DNA of 64,000 nucleotides from NCBI GenBank assembly GCA_021287065.1, contig JAJTBE010000196.1, forward strand, positions 2,539-66,538, given 5' to 3'. Below, piece by piece: positions 17,978 to 28,363 of the stretch. The stretch is from Bacillota bacterium. Lineage in GTDB: Bacteria > Vulcanimicrobiota > JAJTBE01. Every line of letters starts with the position of its first letter. The stretch's first letter is position 1. Made by a program: the position numbers and the translations under genes. The notes below the pieces were generated by a model. The model was not told the origin of the DNA, did no database searches, and was given only the letters and a program-made list of their open reading frames with translations.

Positions 17978-20959
17978 CTAATAGATTTTATAAACATACA
18001 GATCCCGTTCATAGATGGTCGGCTTGCCCAGGAAATTCTGCAGATAGGTATGCACTCTTTCCCTTGCGCTGTTTTTGAGATACTGATTGTGAACAACAAT
18101 ATACTTGATACGGTTTTTCTTCAGTTCATCAAGATACTGTCTGAGGAGCTTTTCATCAGGGGGAGAAATGGAATATCCCTTTTCCAGATTGAAAAGATAG
18201 ACAGTAAACTGATTTTCATAAATATAAACGGGAATGGTTCCTTCCACCTTATAGGGTATGCCTTTTCCGTGGAACATCTGATAATAGAAATACTCACCGG
18301 GGAGTAGTTCGCCTTTGACTCTCTGAATGGGAGAATCGATGATGCCGAAGTCTTCCGAATCCTTTGCAATTTCCTGATAGAACGAAGGCACATGGAGATC
18401 GCTCAGAGGGATTGGATACGGAGCAGGCGACAACAGGCAAACTTCGAAAAGCATTGCAAGGGAAAGTATGGAAACAAGCAGCCTCTGCTGTGTTTTACTC
18501 CATCCCCTGAAAAGCTGGGTGAGGCCATAGCCTGCAAGAACTCCCAGAGAGAGCATAGCTATAATATTAAACCTGTAAGGTATGGAAATCTGATTGAAGA
18601 ACGGGAAATACTGATAAAACAAAATGTACAGGAAGAAGCGCCACTTGAGATGGATATTCTCCGTTACATACAGATATGGTCCGAGAGAGAAAGAGATAAA
18701 GAACAGTGCGCAGAAAGTCCAGAACCAGATATATTTTCTTTTTCTTGCCATTACTATTCCGGCTATGGCAAGTATTATGGTAAGCCATCCTGCGTAGGAT
18801 GTGCGGGTGAGTCTGTCAACGGTATATGTTCTGTTTATATGATCCTTGCCCATGGTTACATAATCGGCAAGCATACTTACATTACGGAATCTTTTTGAAA
18901 GATACAGGTCGATAAATTCGATGGATCTTTCCCTTTTTACCAAGCCTGCAGCTCCGCTAAGGGAAGCTTTGAATGTGATGAAAAGCGGAAGAATAAGGGA
19001 TCCGGCAACGATTCCCATAATCAGCAGTTTTCTGAAAGGCTGTCTTGCCCAGCGGTTGAAAAAGTCGAAAATACCTGCGGGTCTTTCGCCGGGTTCCGGT
19101 TTGATGATTTTAGACGAAGCAGTCTTTGAAAGGGCGAAAACGATGGCGCCGATTGCTATTACCACACCGGTGAAAGCGAACCAGTATTTCATATATCTTT
19201 CGGGAGAAAATCCCTGCGCGTAAAGGGCGACAGGGGGAATCACGATGGACAGAATCAGAAAACCTGTGATAATAAGGTTTTTTCTGATGGTTTTACTTTT
19301 TTCCGCAGGTGTGTTCTTCTCTTCGGGAAGTTCGGGGTTGAAATAGAGTCTGTTGAGGAGATTCCACCGCAGATAGAGTTTTTTATTAATAATATGGATA
19401 AGAACCGCTATAAAGATAAGAGCGGAGACTGCCAGACCGCCGGCGATTCCACCGACTCCTGATGACTGGGTTATATCCTGATAAAAAATCACGATGCGGA
19501 GCATATTGCCAAGGCAGACAAACATAGCCAGCCAGGGGACGATAACGGCAGCATACTCGCCGAATTCATTGGCTGATGATGGGGCAGCAGCTGTTTTATC
19601 AACCGAGACCGCTGAGCCGGGGGATTTCTTTTCCCCTTTCATCTGCATATAAGTCATAATAAGGGCAATCAGCAATGAAGAGACAGCGATAATTCCAACA
19701 CTTGCAACAATACCGGAGCCTGCAAGCCTGACTGTGGTTCCGAGATTGAGGATTCCGGTAATGCCGATGGTGTATAAGCCAAAAATGAGATACATTTTGA
19801 TTTTTACAAAACCCTGTTCCTTGCTGTAAAACAGACCCTGAAGGCTGTAGGAAAGATTCCTGATGCCCGGCTTGTAATACCAGACCGAATAAACAAGGGA
19901 AATTGCAAAAATCCCTATCATTCCGTAAAAGACTGCCATCACAGGCAGACCTGAATTTACAGGGGAGTAAAGTAAACCGGGAAGCACAAAGGCAGTAACT
20001 GCCAGACAGAAAACAACGAGAAGAAGGGAAATTCTACCGAGGGTTTTCTGAAGCCATCCTTTGAAGCCTGCGGTTTTTCTGCCGCCTCTGGAGAATGAAC
20101 TGCTAATTATGCCGAGAAGTGAAACTCCATGTCCTCTGTCCGTTAAGCCTGCAAGATGAGGATGTTTGGCAACAGATGCAACAGCTTTGGAAATTTCGGG
20201 ATCCGCATCAAGAAGATTCATTTTTTCCAGCAGATTCTCTTTTTTAGGGGTTTTCACAGCCGAGCGGGGATAAGCTTTTCTGTAAAGGAACCATCCGAAT
20301 GCAATAAGGAAGAATACTGCAAGAATTGTTGCAAAATTCCCGTAATAGAAAGCTCCCAGCGCACACATAAAAAGGCTTACACCTGCAAGGATTGGGAAAA
20401 GCTCGCCTTCCTCGTGGAGCATGCGTGCGAAGAAGTAAAGAAACAGGGGAATCCAGGCGATATTGTATGTTTCTGAAACGCCGCTGGTTATGTAAGCAAG
20501 CATGTATGCGGTGAATGCATATACGGCACCTGAATAAAAAGCAGCTTCCTTATTTTTGATAAAGTATCCCGCAAGCAGATAAGCGCAGAAAGCACCAAAA
20601 ATCAGGTTTGCCAGAACAATTATATTGTAAACCACCTGAACGGGGAAAATATACTGAAGGGGCAGCGACCATATAGCGCCGAGGGGATCGATAAAAAACA
20701 GGTTTCCGCCGTAGGGATAGTTCAGAAGGGAAGTAAAAAGGGGAAGTTCGCCTTCGTCAATAAGTCTGCGTTTAACCCACCAGAACCCCCAGACATGTTT
20801 CCACATGTCGCCTTCGAGGTCTCCGATTACATACTGAAAAATGTATCTGATGAGGGGATATGTGTAAATCAAAGAAAAAACGCCGTACATCAGTATGGCG
20901 AAAAGAGAATTAAAAGGTTTAATCTCCCTTTTTATAAACGAAATCAACTTTTTCAGCAT
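17978..20959 (-). CDS. Large polytopic membrane protein (993 aa), possibly YfhO/GT-C-like
   Basis: More than 20 predicted TM helices with large loops. No diagnostic motif recognised, so the family is a guess. Confidence 0.5.
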   Translation of the reverse strand: MLKKLISFIKREIKPFNSLFAILMYGVFSLIYTYPLIRYIFQYVIGDLEGDMWKHVWGFWWVKRRLIDEGELPLFTSLLNYPYGGNLFFIDPLGAIWSLPLQYIFPVQVVYNIIVLANLIFGAFCAYLLAGYFIKNKEAAFYSGAVYAFTAYMLAYITSGVSETYNIAWIPLFLYFFARMLHEEGELFPILAGVSLFMCALGAFYYGNFATILAVFFLIAFGWFLYRKAYPRSAVKTPKKENLLEKMNLLDADPEISKAVASVAKHPHLAGLTDRGHGVSLLGIISSSFSRGGRKTAGFKGWLQKTLGRISLLLVVFCLAVTAFVLPGLLYSPVNSGLPVMAVFYGMIGIFAISLVYSVWYYKPGIRNLSYSLQGLFYSKEQGFVKIKMYLIFGLYTIGITGILNLGTTVRLAGSGIVASVGIIAVSSLLIALIMTYMQMKGEKKSPGSAVSVDKTAAAPSSANEFGEYAAVIVPWLAMFVCLGNMLRIVIFYQDITQSSGVGGIAGGLAVSALIFIAVLIHIINKKLYLRWNLLNRLYFNPELPEEKNTPAEKSKTIRKNLIITGFLILSIVIPPVALYAQGFSPERYMKYWFAFTGVVIAIGAIVFALSKTASSKIIKPEPGERPAGIFDFFNRWARQPFRKLLIMGIVAGSLILPLFITFKASLSGAAGLVKRERSIEFIDLYLSKRFRNVSMLADYVTMGKDHINRTYTVDRLTRTSYAGWLTIILAIAGIVMARKRKYIWFWTFCALFFISFSLGPYLYVTENIHLKWRFFLYILFYQYFPFFNQISIPYRFNIIAMLSLGVLAGYGLTQLFRGWSKTQQRLLVSILSLAMLFEVCLLSPAPYPIPLSDLHVPSFYQEIAKDSEDFGIIDSPIQRVKGELLPGEYFYYQMFHGKGIPYKVEGTIPVYIYENQFTVYLFNLEKGYSISPPDEKLLRQYLDELKKNRIKYIVVHNQYLKNSARERVHTYLQNFLGKPTIYERDLYVYKIY

Positions 20960-21136
20960 CTTGGGATCATTTTATATTAAATAGATGTAAATTTCAATCC
21001 TGAGAAAGGTTTCATGTAAAGTTTTTTAGAGGAATTGGTTTGGGTTAAAAGAATCTTTCCCCAGAAGAACGGGGAGAAACCCAGTGCTGCTGAATTATGG
21101 CATGTATTTATCTGATCGCTAACGGGTATTGGAGCG

Positions 21137-21380
21137 GTTTGCCCAGCTCCCGGAGAAAACTTTTTGAAAAAAGTTTCCTCCGGACCTCCATCCCAAAACT
21201 TTTGAATTGAGGGACCGACCAGGGGGTTAGGACCAACGGACCGGGAGTTTAAGGGACCCTCAGAGGGAACCACGCTTTTTTGGAAAAGCGGGTTTCCCTC
21301 CGAACCTCCTTCCTTGAAAAACAGGAGTATAGGGTTGGGATTGGAGTAGTTTTTACTGATTCAGCGGCATTGAGGGAGAG
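21137..21380. repeat. Dispersed intergenic repeat element, copy 1 (full length with 5' hairpin module)
   Basis: Shares a ~170-nt core with 34780-34950 and 58858-59025: gggaccgacc...ggaccgtcagagggaaccacgcttttttggaaaagcg...ctccgaacctcc.tccttgaaaaacaggagta...ggcattg.gg. Its 5' module gtttgcccagctcccggagaaaacttttt recurs at 31041. Confidence 0.8.
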
Positions 21381-21420
21381 ACTGACACCATTACAAATCC
21401 GGCATGTTTAAGGAGTTTTA

Positions 21421-22623
21421 ATGACTGCAGACAAAAAACAGAAGGTTCTGATTGTTGACGATACTCCGGAGAATATCGATCTTATCAACGGAATCCTTGA
21501 AAATCATTACAGTATAAAAGCGGCACTCAATGGGAAAAAGGCGCTGAAAATCGCTCAATCTCAGGATCCTCCCGATATTATCCTCCTCGATATTATGATG
21601 CCTGATATGGACGGGTATGAAGTCTGCGGACAGCTCAAATCGAACCCTGCCACAGCATCGATTCCTGTAATTTTTATTACAGCTCTTTCAGAGATAGAAG
21701 ATGAAAGAAAAGGGCTGGATATGGGCGCGGTGGATTACATAACAAAACCGGTCAGCCCACCTGTGGTTCTCTCAAGGGTGAGAAATCATCTTGAACTGAA
21801 GCGTTACAGGGATGATCTGGAAGCAATGGTAAAGGAAAAAACCGCAGAACTTCTGGAAGCTGTAGCCGCGAGGGAAAGAATCGAAAGTGAACTGAAAATT
21901 GCCAGAGATATTCAGTTGAGCATACTTCCCCGGACATTCCCGGCTTTTCCCGACAGAACGGACTTCGACATTCATGCCCTTATTGTGCCTGCCCGTGATG
22001 TGGGCGGTGATTTTTATGATTTTTTCCTAACAGGTGAAAACCATCTGTTTTTCTGCATCGGCGATGTTTCAGGTAAGGGAGTTCCCGCAGCACTTCTTAT
22101 GACACTTCTTAAAAAGCTTGTAAAAGTAAAGGCAATGGAAGTTGACAACCCTGCCGAGGTTCTGGAATTTGTGAACCGGCATTTTTACGCGGATAACGAA
22201 GCCTGCATGTTTGCCACAATCTTTTGCGGAATGCTGGATTTGAAAACAGGAATAATGACATATTCAAACGCAGGACATGAGCCTCCACTGATTATCTCCC
22301 CGGAATGGAGCGTAAGGGAAACAAGGGGCGCCAACGGCGGAGCTGTTGGGTTTGAACATGAAACACAATACGAAAACGGAACAATAGAAATCAGGAACGG
22401 CGAAATCATCGGGCTTTATACCGATGGAATCACAGAAGCTTTCAACAGCAACAACAGAATGTATTCCAGAGAGAGGGTTGAAGCCTGGATAAACAGCCAC
22501 AAACCCCACTCTGCGAAAGATCTTGTGGAATCACTGTACAACGAAATAAAGACCTTTTCAGAAGGATCCACAAGAGGAGACGACATAACCGTTCTCGCGG
22601 TTAAATACCATCCGGGACAGTAA
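21421..22623 (+). CDS. Response regulator receiver domain fused to a PP2C-type (SpoIIE/RsbU-like) Ser/Thr phosphatase
   Basis: REC: LIVDDTPENI...ILLDIMMPDMDGYEV. Coiled coil, then PP2C motifs (GGDFYDF, GDVSGKG, DDITVLAV). Confidence 0.8.
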   Translation: MTADKKQKVLIVDDTPENIDLINGILENHYSIKAALNGKKALKIAQSQDPPDIILLDIMMPDMDGYEVCGQLKSNPATASIPVIFITALSEIEDERKGLDMGAVDYITKPVSPPVVLSRVRNHLELKRYRDDLEAMVKEKTAELLEAVAARERIESELKIARDIQLSILPRTFPAFPDRTDFDIHALIVPARDVGGDFYDFFLTGENHLFFCIGDVSGKGVPAALLMTLLKKLVKVKAMEVDNPAEVLEFVNRHFYADNEACMFATIFCGMLDLKTGIMTYSNAGHEPPLIISPEWSVRETRGANGGAVGFEHETQYENGTIEIRNGEIIGLYTDGITEAFNSNNRMYSRERVEAWINSHKPHSAKDLVESLYNEIKTFSEGSTRGDDITVLAVKYHPGQ

Positions 22624-22641
22624 ACCTATCAGAGGGACTGA

Positions 22642-23034
22642 CTACCAGACCATGCTTCCTATTTCTTTTCCGTCAATAAAGCTATATCTTACCTGGGTGT
22701 TGGAAAATTTGGTATTGGTGATATCAGCCTTATTAAGGTTTGCGCCTGAAAGATCCGCTCCGGTAAAATCAGTGCCTGTAAGGTTTGCCTCATAGAGATA
22801 AGTCATTCTCAGATCAGCTTCCGTAAGAACTGCCCCTGAGAGATTTGCTTTTGAGAGGTCTGCTTTTACAAAGCTTGTTTTGATAAGAAATGCACCGGAC
22901 AGGTTAATGCCTGGGAGCGACCATTCCGCAAAGTTGCCTCCGTTTAGGTCGATATGGGCTTCCGGGTTTTCATTTCTCCACTGATTGAATGCTTCCGGGC
23001 CTTTTTTTATTTGTTCGAAACACTCATTGTTCAT
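22642..23034 (-). CDS. Pentapeptide-repeat protein
   Basis: Tandem A(D/N)LxG repeats: ANLSGAVLTEADLRMTYLYEANLTGTDFTGADLSGANL. Confidence 0.75.
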   Translation of the reverse strand: MNNECFEQIKKGPEAFNQWRNENPEAHIDLNGGNFAEWSLPGINLSGAFLIKTSFVKADLSKANLSGAVLTEADLRMTYLYEANLTGTDFTGADLSGANLNKADITNTKFSNTQVRYSFIDGKEIGSMVW

Positions 23035-23331
23035 TTTATATAACTTCCTTTTAGTTGAATCTGTTTATTCATTAGCCTGCAGAAAATTAATTCCTTCTAT
23101 GTCCGCTGCACGGCAGAGAAATGAAAAAACACTGTCAGAATCAATAGAATCCGACATGTATCAACCCTGATGGTCTGATTTCAACAGAAAAAACTTTCGG
23201 ATTATATCCACATGATTGTCTGCGGGAGGATTTTACCTGACTCAGTGGAATTTTCCGTTTTGAGAATATCAAATAAATACAAACCAGAAACGACTGACTG
23301 AAGATCACAAATACAAAGCCCGGAGGAAGGC

Positions 23332-24102
23332 ATGGAAGTAAGAAACAATACCAGATTTTTAATTTTCACCCTGATTTTGATAGCTCTTATGGGAGTTGTT
23401 ATCTATATGTTCAGGGAACACCCTATGGGTGCGGATTTTTCCCAGTTTAAAATGCTCAATCATCAGGATTTAGCCAATCCGGGCGAAAATTTCGGAAAAC
23501 GGGTTGTGGTAAGGGGCAGAGTTACCCCGGCTGCACCCGGTAAGTATGTGGATTTTGCCAATCAGAAAAATGTTCTCGGATATATCGAAGCTAAAACTGA
23601 TCCAACGGCAGGCAACAATGCAAAGCCTTCCTATGTAAGGTTTGGAGCTGTTGATTTCTTTATTCAGGTGGACGCAAGCAGAATTCTGGTTGTGGGGCAG
23701 CCTGAGCAAATCATCGACACCCGCAACAGAATTTATGCCACATCAACACCGGGCCAGTATGTGGATATGATTCGTGAAGGCAATGACTACTCCATATTCG
23801 GCACAATAGGCAAAGACAACGCCGGCAACTATATTCTCATACCCTACAGAGTTACATTCCAGGAAATTCAGCCTGTGGCTAAAGAAGCTGCGGAACTTAA
23901 CCGTAAAATGGCATTTATCCAGTACCTTTCGATTTTTGCCATAGTGGCAGCCTATGTAATAGCACTTGCAAAAGGCGGAGTATTCGGACCTCCGGAAGCT
24001 GAAGAGGGAAACGGCGAAAAGAAAGAAACAGCTTCCAGCGGTTCAGTTGATGAAAATTCCGGTAAAGATTCCAAAGGAAACAAAAATCAAGGAGATGCAT
24101 AA
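23332..24102 (+). CDS. Hypothetical bitopic membrane protein
   Basis: N-terminal and C-terminal TM helices flank a ~170-aa soluble domain. Acidic/Gly/Lys-rich tail. Confidence 0.5.
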   Translation: MEVRNNTRFLIFTLILIALMGVVIYMFREHPMGADFSQFKMLNHQDLANPGENFGKRVVVRGRVTPAAPGKYVDFANQKNVLGYIEAKTDPTAGNNAKPSYVRFGAVDFFIQVDASRILVVGQPEQIIDTRNRIYATSTPGQYVDMIREGNDYSIFGTIGKDNAGNYILIPYRVTFQEIQPVAKEAAELNRKMAFIQYLSIFAIVAAYVIALAKGGVFGPPEAEEGNGEKKETASSGSVDENSGKDSKGNKNQGDA

Positions 24103-24105
24103 ACG

Positions 24106-25203
24106 ATGGAAGATCTCAAGGCTCTTCTTTCAAATCCCGACGATTCATCTTACAAAAAAGCACTCGAAAGCATTGCCGAGCTGACAGCTTCGGCAGGCGA
24201 CGGCGGAGCGCTGAAAGTTCTTGCGGAAATTTTCGAACAGTCAGACGGCAATACCACTGCCAAAAACAGAATAATCAAGATAGCCGGCGGGCTTGAACAC
24301 CCTTCGGCTGTTGATTTTATCAAATCGGCCCTTAACGACGATCTTTTCGAAGTAAGGCGGACTGCAGCTTTATCCCTTAAACTGCTTACTGATGAAGACT
24401 ATTACGACCATATTTACAAAAGTGAAATAGGCCATCACTTCAGAAGGAGCTTCTGGTGCTCCATGGACTTTATGGAGGAAGGACAGGAAGGCGGCAGCGA
24501 TTGCGGCGCAATAATGAAAAGCGTAGCCTCATTGTTTGGCGCTCTCTCATCAGGTTGGACTTATCCGGATCTGGTGAGGGAAACATTCTTTGTTTCCGGC
24601 AGGAAAAAGCCCCTTGAAATGGCTTCCGATGCCAAGGTATTCTTCAAAAATTTCAATTATGGCCTGGAAAAATCGCTAAAAAATTCCGAGCATATCCTGA
24701 AGATGTTTGGCAGTATGGCAAAGGTGTCAAAAGCTGAAACCGGAGAAAAAGAAGAACTGGAAGATATACTCCGCTGCCTTAAGCTTGCTCTTTCAACAAG
24801 ACTGAAGGATCTGGAAGAGGGAATAACCTGCTTTCTTGCCGCTTTTCACTTTTTCAGAATGGAATACAATATCGCAGTATCTCCGGGGCAGTGCCAGCCC
24901 ATAGACGAACCGGGCAGAGAGCTGCAGCAGGTGAATGAGGAATTCAGACAGGCTATAGCTTCGGGTATGGAAAAGCACAGGGATTTCAGAGGCGGAGACT
25001 ATGTGGATATAGGGGAAACTTCCCGTTTTATCGCTGTTCTCAGGGAAAGAATCGACAAATTCACGGAAGCGGCTAAAGACCTTGCAGCCAAAGACAGTAT
25101 CGAACCTGAAGGTTACCTTTATCTCAAGCGGATGGGCATTTATGCATTTGATATAGGAAAATACTGCCTGCTTCTGCTTTCCTGCTGGACCTGCGAGGAG
25201 TAA
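24106..25203 (+). CDS. HEAT-repeat-like hypothetical protein
   Basis: N-terminal PBS-lyase HEAT-like repeats (AVDFIKSALNDDLFEVRRTAALSL). Follows the previous gene after a 3-bp gap. Confidence 0.5.
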   Translation: MEDLKALLSNPDDSSYKKALESIAELTASAGDGGALKVLAEIFEQSDGNTTAKNRIIKIAGGLEHPSAVDFIKSALNDDLFEVRRTAALSLKLLTDEDYYDHIYKSEIGHHFRRSFWCSMDFMEEGQEGGSDCGAIMKSVASLFGALSSGWTYPDLVRETFFVSGRKKPLEMASDAKVFFKNFNYGLEKSLKNSEHILKMFGSMAKVSKAETGEKEELEDILRCLKLALSTRLKDLEEGITCFLAAFHFFRMEYNIAVSPGQCQPIDEPGRELQQVNEEFRQAIASGMEKHRDFRGGDYVDIGETSRFIAVLRERIDKFTEAAKDLAAKDSIEPEGYLYLKRMGIYAFDIGKYCLLLLSCWTCEE

Positions 25204-25215
25204 AGGAGATTAGAC

Positions 25216-25608
25216 ATGGAATTTACCATAAGAACGAAAACCCGTGACGAACTTTTAAACATAACAAGAGAAATCCAGTCGTATGTAACCGATTCGGGAG
25301 TAAAAAACGGCCTTTGCGTCGTATTTATCCCCCACACCACCGCCGGTGTAACCATCAACGAAGGAGCGGATCCTGATGTGGTAAGGGATATTCTGATGGA
25401 ACTGGACAAGAAAATCCCCTGGGAAGACGGTTACAGGCACGGCGAGGGCAACTCCGCAGCCCATATAAAAGCATCTATGATGGGCAGCTCTGTTACTGTA
25501 ATCATAGAAAACAGAACTTTAAAACTGGGAACATGGCAGCAGATTTACTTCTGCGAATTTGACGGCCCAAGATCAAGGCGAGTCTGGCTGAAAATCACAG
25601 AAGTCTGA
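25216..25608 (+). CDS. YjbQ/UPF0047 family protein (secondary thiamine-phosphate synthase-like)
   Basis: GLCVVFIPHTTAGVTINEGADPDV and HIKASMMGSS signatures. 130 aa. Confidence 0.7.
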   Translation: MEFTIRTKTRDELLNITREIQSYVTDSGVKNGLCVVFIPHTTAGVTINEGADPDVVRDILMELDKKIPWEDGYRHGEGNSAAHIKASMMGSSVTVIIENRTLKLGTWQQIYFCEFDGPRSRRVWLKITEV

Positions 25609-25618
25609 GGAGTCATAT

Positions 25619-26224
25619 ATGGAATACGCCCAGATAGCCCTTCAGGTAGCCCTTGGCATTTCCCTTTCAGCCTGTGCGGGCCTGAGAGCTTTTTTACCTA
25701 TTCTTGTTATCGGAGTTCTCACAAAACTCGGATATGTTCAGGTAGGCAGTTCATTTCAATGGATCGCAGGCACTCCGGCTCTGATAATCTTTGGAACAGC
25801 CACTGTGGTGGAAATAGCTGCGGATAAAGTTCCGGTTCTGGACAATTTTCTCGACTCCATAGGCGTTTTTATAAAGCCTGCCGCAGGAACCGTCCTGTTT
25901 TCAACGGTAGTTGCAAAATTCGATCCCCTTATCGCCCTCACCCTTGGGCTTATTGTGGGAGGTTCCATATCGGAACTGGTTCATCACAAAAAAGCTTTCG
26001 TAAGGGCAGGTTCGACAATGTTTACCGCAGGAACGGGAAACGGATTTCTGTCTGCACTCGAAGATGTGGCAGCAATGGCGGGAACGGCGCTTGCAGTAGC
26101 CGCTCCCTATCTTGCCGCGGTTCTGGCGATTTTTCTCATTATCATTTCATATTTTGCAGTGAAACAGGTCAGTAAATTTATCACAAAAATATTTATGGCG
26201 TTCAACAGAAAGAAAACACAGTAA
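25619..26224 (+). CDS. Hypothetical integral membrane protein
   Basis: 201 aa, about 5-6 TM helices, Gly/Ala-rich. Confidence 0.5.
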   Translation: MEYAQIALQVALGISLSACAGLRAFLPILVIGVLTKLGYVQVGSSFQWIAGTPALIIFGTATVVEIAADKVPVLDNFLDSIGVFIKPAAGTVLFSTVVAKFDPLIALTLGLIVGGSISELVHHKKAFVRAGSTMFTAGTGNGFLSALEDVAAMAGTALAVAAPYLAAVLAIFLIIISYFAVKQVSKFITKIFMAFNRKKTQ

Positions 26225-26257
26225 AACGCCGGGGATTACTTTAAATAAACGGAGGTA

Positions 26258-26950
26258 GTGAAAATGGCGGAAATAACTCCAAAAGAAGCTGAACAGATGG
26301 CAGTTCAGTATATAGAGGCGCTGAAAGAGAGACTGGGAGACAAACTGAAAATGGCTGCCCTTTACGGCAGTCTTATCAGGGACGACTTCAAACCTTCCAC
26401 ATCAGACATAAATGTGATGATTGTTACCTCCGCCCTTGATTTTGAATCACTGAAAAATCTCTCGTCAATCACCGGAAAGGCGAAAACAATATCAAGAATT
26501 TCAACCCTGTTTCTGTGCGAAGATGAAATAAAGCGAATGGCTGAACTTTTTCCCATCAAATTTTTTGAAATCAAGAAATACTTCCGGCTGATTCATGGAG
26601 AAAACCTTGTTAAGGACACAAGGGAAGAATGGAGCTTCTTCAGGGAAAGGGCAAGGCAGGAACTGCTCAACATCGAGCTTCGCCTCAGAAAAGCTCTGCT
26701 GCTGGGGTATCCTTCACCTACAATTATGAGAAAACCCCTGATGGTTTATATTCCCCACCTGATGAGCCTTCTGAGAATTCTGGTGGATATGCCGGAATCA
26801 AAACAATTCAGCGAAGACGACAATTTTCTCAAGGGCCTTATCGAAATAAGAGACAAAATAGAAAATGCCGATATAAAGGAACTGGAAAACGCATACAGCC
26901 TGATTTTTGAGAATATAGATCAGGTTCTTAATGCAGTGGAGAAGTTGTAG
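26258..26950 (+). CDS. Polymerase-beta-type nucleotidyltransferase domain protein
   Basis: YGSLIRDDFKPSTSDINVMIV (GS...DxD minimal NTase motif). Helical C-terminal domain. Confidence 0.55.
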   Translation: MKMAEITPKEAEQMAVQYIEALKERLGDKLKMAALYGSLIRDDFKPSTSDINVMIVTSALDFESLKNLSSITGKAKTISRISTLFLCEDEIKRMAELFPIKFFEIKKYFRLIHGENLVKDTREEWSFFRERARQELLNIELRLRKALLLGYPSPTIMRKPLMVYIPHLMSLLRILVDMPESKQFSEDDNFLKGLIEIRDKIENADIKELENAYSLIFENIDQVLNAVEKL

Positions 26951-27018
26951 GATCCACTCAGGGTTTTTAAAGCTGTTTTGAGTATCAATGTTATATTTCA
27001 TCTGACATATTCAGGCTT

Positions 27019-28146
27019 TTAATCATTTTTTTTCACCATTTTGTAAAACAGGCCCGGGTAAGTAATCTGCCTGATGTTCTTATTATTCAGATCATAAACA
27101 TACAAACCGCCGTTGATTTCATTGGAAAAAACAATTTTACTGCCGTCGGGATTTACATCCATATTTAAGCACAATTCTTTTATATAATCCGGCATTTCAA
27201 ATTTCAACGGTGATGAATTGCCGTTGATATCGGTCAACTCAATATACTGCCTGGGTTTTACTTTGTCGGAAACATTTTTAATCTTTTCAATCCGATAAAG
27301 AATAAGCTTATCTTTTCTAACAAATCCACTGAAAAAATAATCTATATTAGCCAACCTTACCTCTGGATATTTTTCAGAATTTATGCCTACTTTCTGAAAT
27401 GAATTTTTCTTTAACGCAACAATAAAATTATTTGCTTCTGAATACAAGGGAAATGTGATTTCATTTGCACTGTATATGATATTGTTCATACCAGTCGAAA
27501 CATTGTAATCATAAAGATCAAACTGCTTATTATCAAAATCATTGAACCCCAGGTATATATGGGCAGGATCTACCGGAAATATTACGGTTAAAATGCATGT
27601 TTTTCCCATAGCCTGACCATCTTTGCATTTCACGGTTTTGTTCAGGTGGACAAAATGACTTTTTTGTGACAGGTAATTATAAATAATGAGTTTTATATCT
27701 GCTTTTCCATTATTTACTACTGTATCATCTAATACATAATATGTATTGTTGAAGTCCAGAATAGCCTTATTTTTGTAAGGAATCGTAATCAAATTAATAG
27801 AATTGCCGGCATTATTCAGATAGGCGTCATTATAAATAAACACCTCATTTCCATTTCGAACTTTCAAACTGCTATTGCCAGAAAAACTGCCGCTGCAATA
27901 ATTGAACAAATTATAATTGTAGTTAAATTCATAAAGAGAAGAGAGTTGATTACCCGTTAAATACAACTTCATTAGCTTTGATTTGCTGCTTGTTCTGACA
28001 AAAAGGATATTGTCATTATCGAGCCATACAGGATTGTGATCGGAGCAATCTTTGAAAAAATCGGAAAAATACTGAGACATATATATGGAGCTTACAATTA
28101 TGAGTAAAACTAATAATACTTTTATTCTTTTACTTTTTTTCATCAT
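27019..28146 (-). CDS. Hypothetical secreted Asn/Tyr-rich protein with a C-terminal PD40-like motif
   Basis: Signal anchor (VLLVLLIIVSSIYM), NPDGSKIVFS near the C-terminus. Strongly AT-rich coding sequence compared with its neighbours. Confidence 0.55.
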   Translation of the reverse strand: MMKKSKRIKVLLVLLIIVSSIYMSQYFSDFFKDCSDHNPVWLDNDNILFVRTSSKSKLMKLYLTGNQLSSLYEFNYNYNLFNYCSGSFSGNSSLKVRNGNEVFIYNDAYLNNAGNSINLITIPYKNKAILDFNNTYYVLDDTVVNNGKADIKLIIYNYLSQKSHFVHLNKTVKCKDGQAMGKTCILTVIFPVDPAHIYLGFNDFDNKQFDLYDYNVSTGMNNIIYSANEITFPLYSEANNFIVALKKNSFQKVGINSEKYPEVRLANIDYFFSGFVRKDKLILYRIEKIKNVSDKVKPRQYIELTDINGNSSPLKFEMPDYIKELCLNMDVNPDGSKIVFSNEINGGLYVYDLNNKNIRQITYPGLFYKMVKKND

Positions 28147-28363
28147 TATTTCCGGAATTATAAAAAAAATGTTTTATATCTGTTATGTATTGATTATTGA
28201 AAAAGTATAGAATCCCTGTTACAGATCAGATATTAATTATTGGCTACTCAAAATGAGCAGGTGTTTCGCCTGTTTCTGATCTCAAAACAGAACTTAACCG
28301 CCATTGAATCTTACAACTGCAAGCTTTGCAAGGGATCTTGGGAGAGGTTTCCGGAGATTGTTC

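Noticed and set aside
17960-18307. 115-aa + strand ORF inside the large membrane-protein gene
   Set aside because: Fully embedded antisense in a 993-aa ORF with coherent TM architecture. Likely a chance ORF.
20977-21273. Small minus-strand ORFs starting MVPSEGP / MVPSDGP / MVHSDGP (20977-21273, 34653-34841, 58396-58917) overlapping each copy of the dispersed repeat
   Set aside because: Their similarity is fully explained by nucleotide conservation of the repeat. Their positions relative to neighbouring genes are inconsistent, the 58396-58917 ORF contains an internal duplication caused by the 34-nt direct repeats, and there are no RBS signals. They are treated as repeat DNA, not genes.
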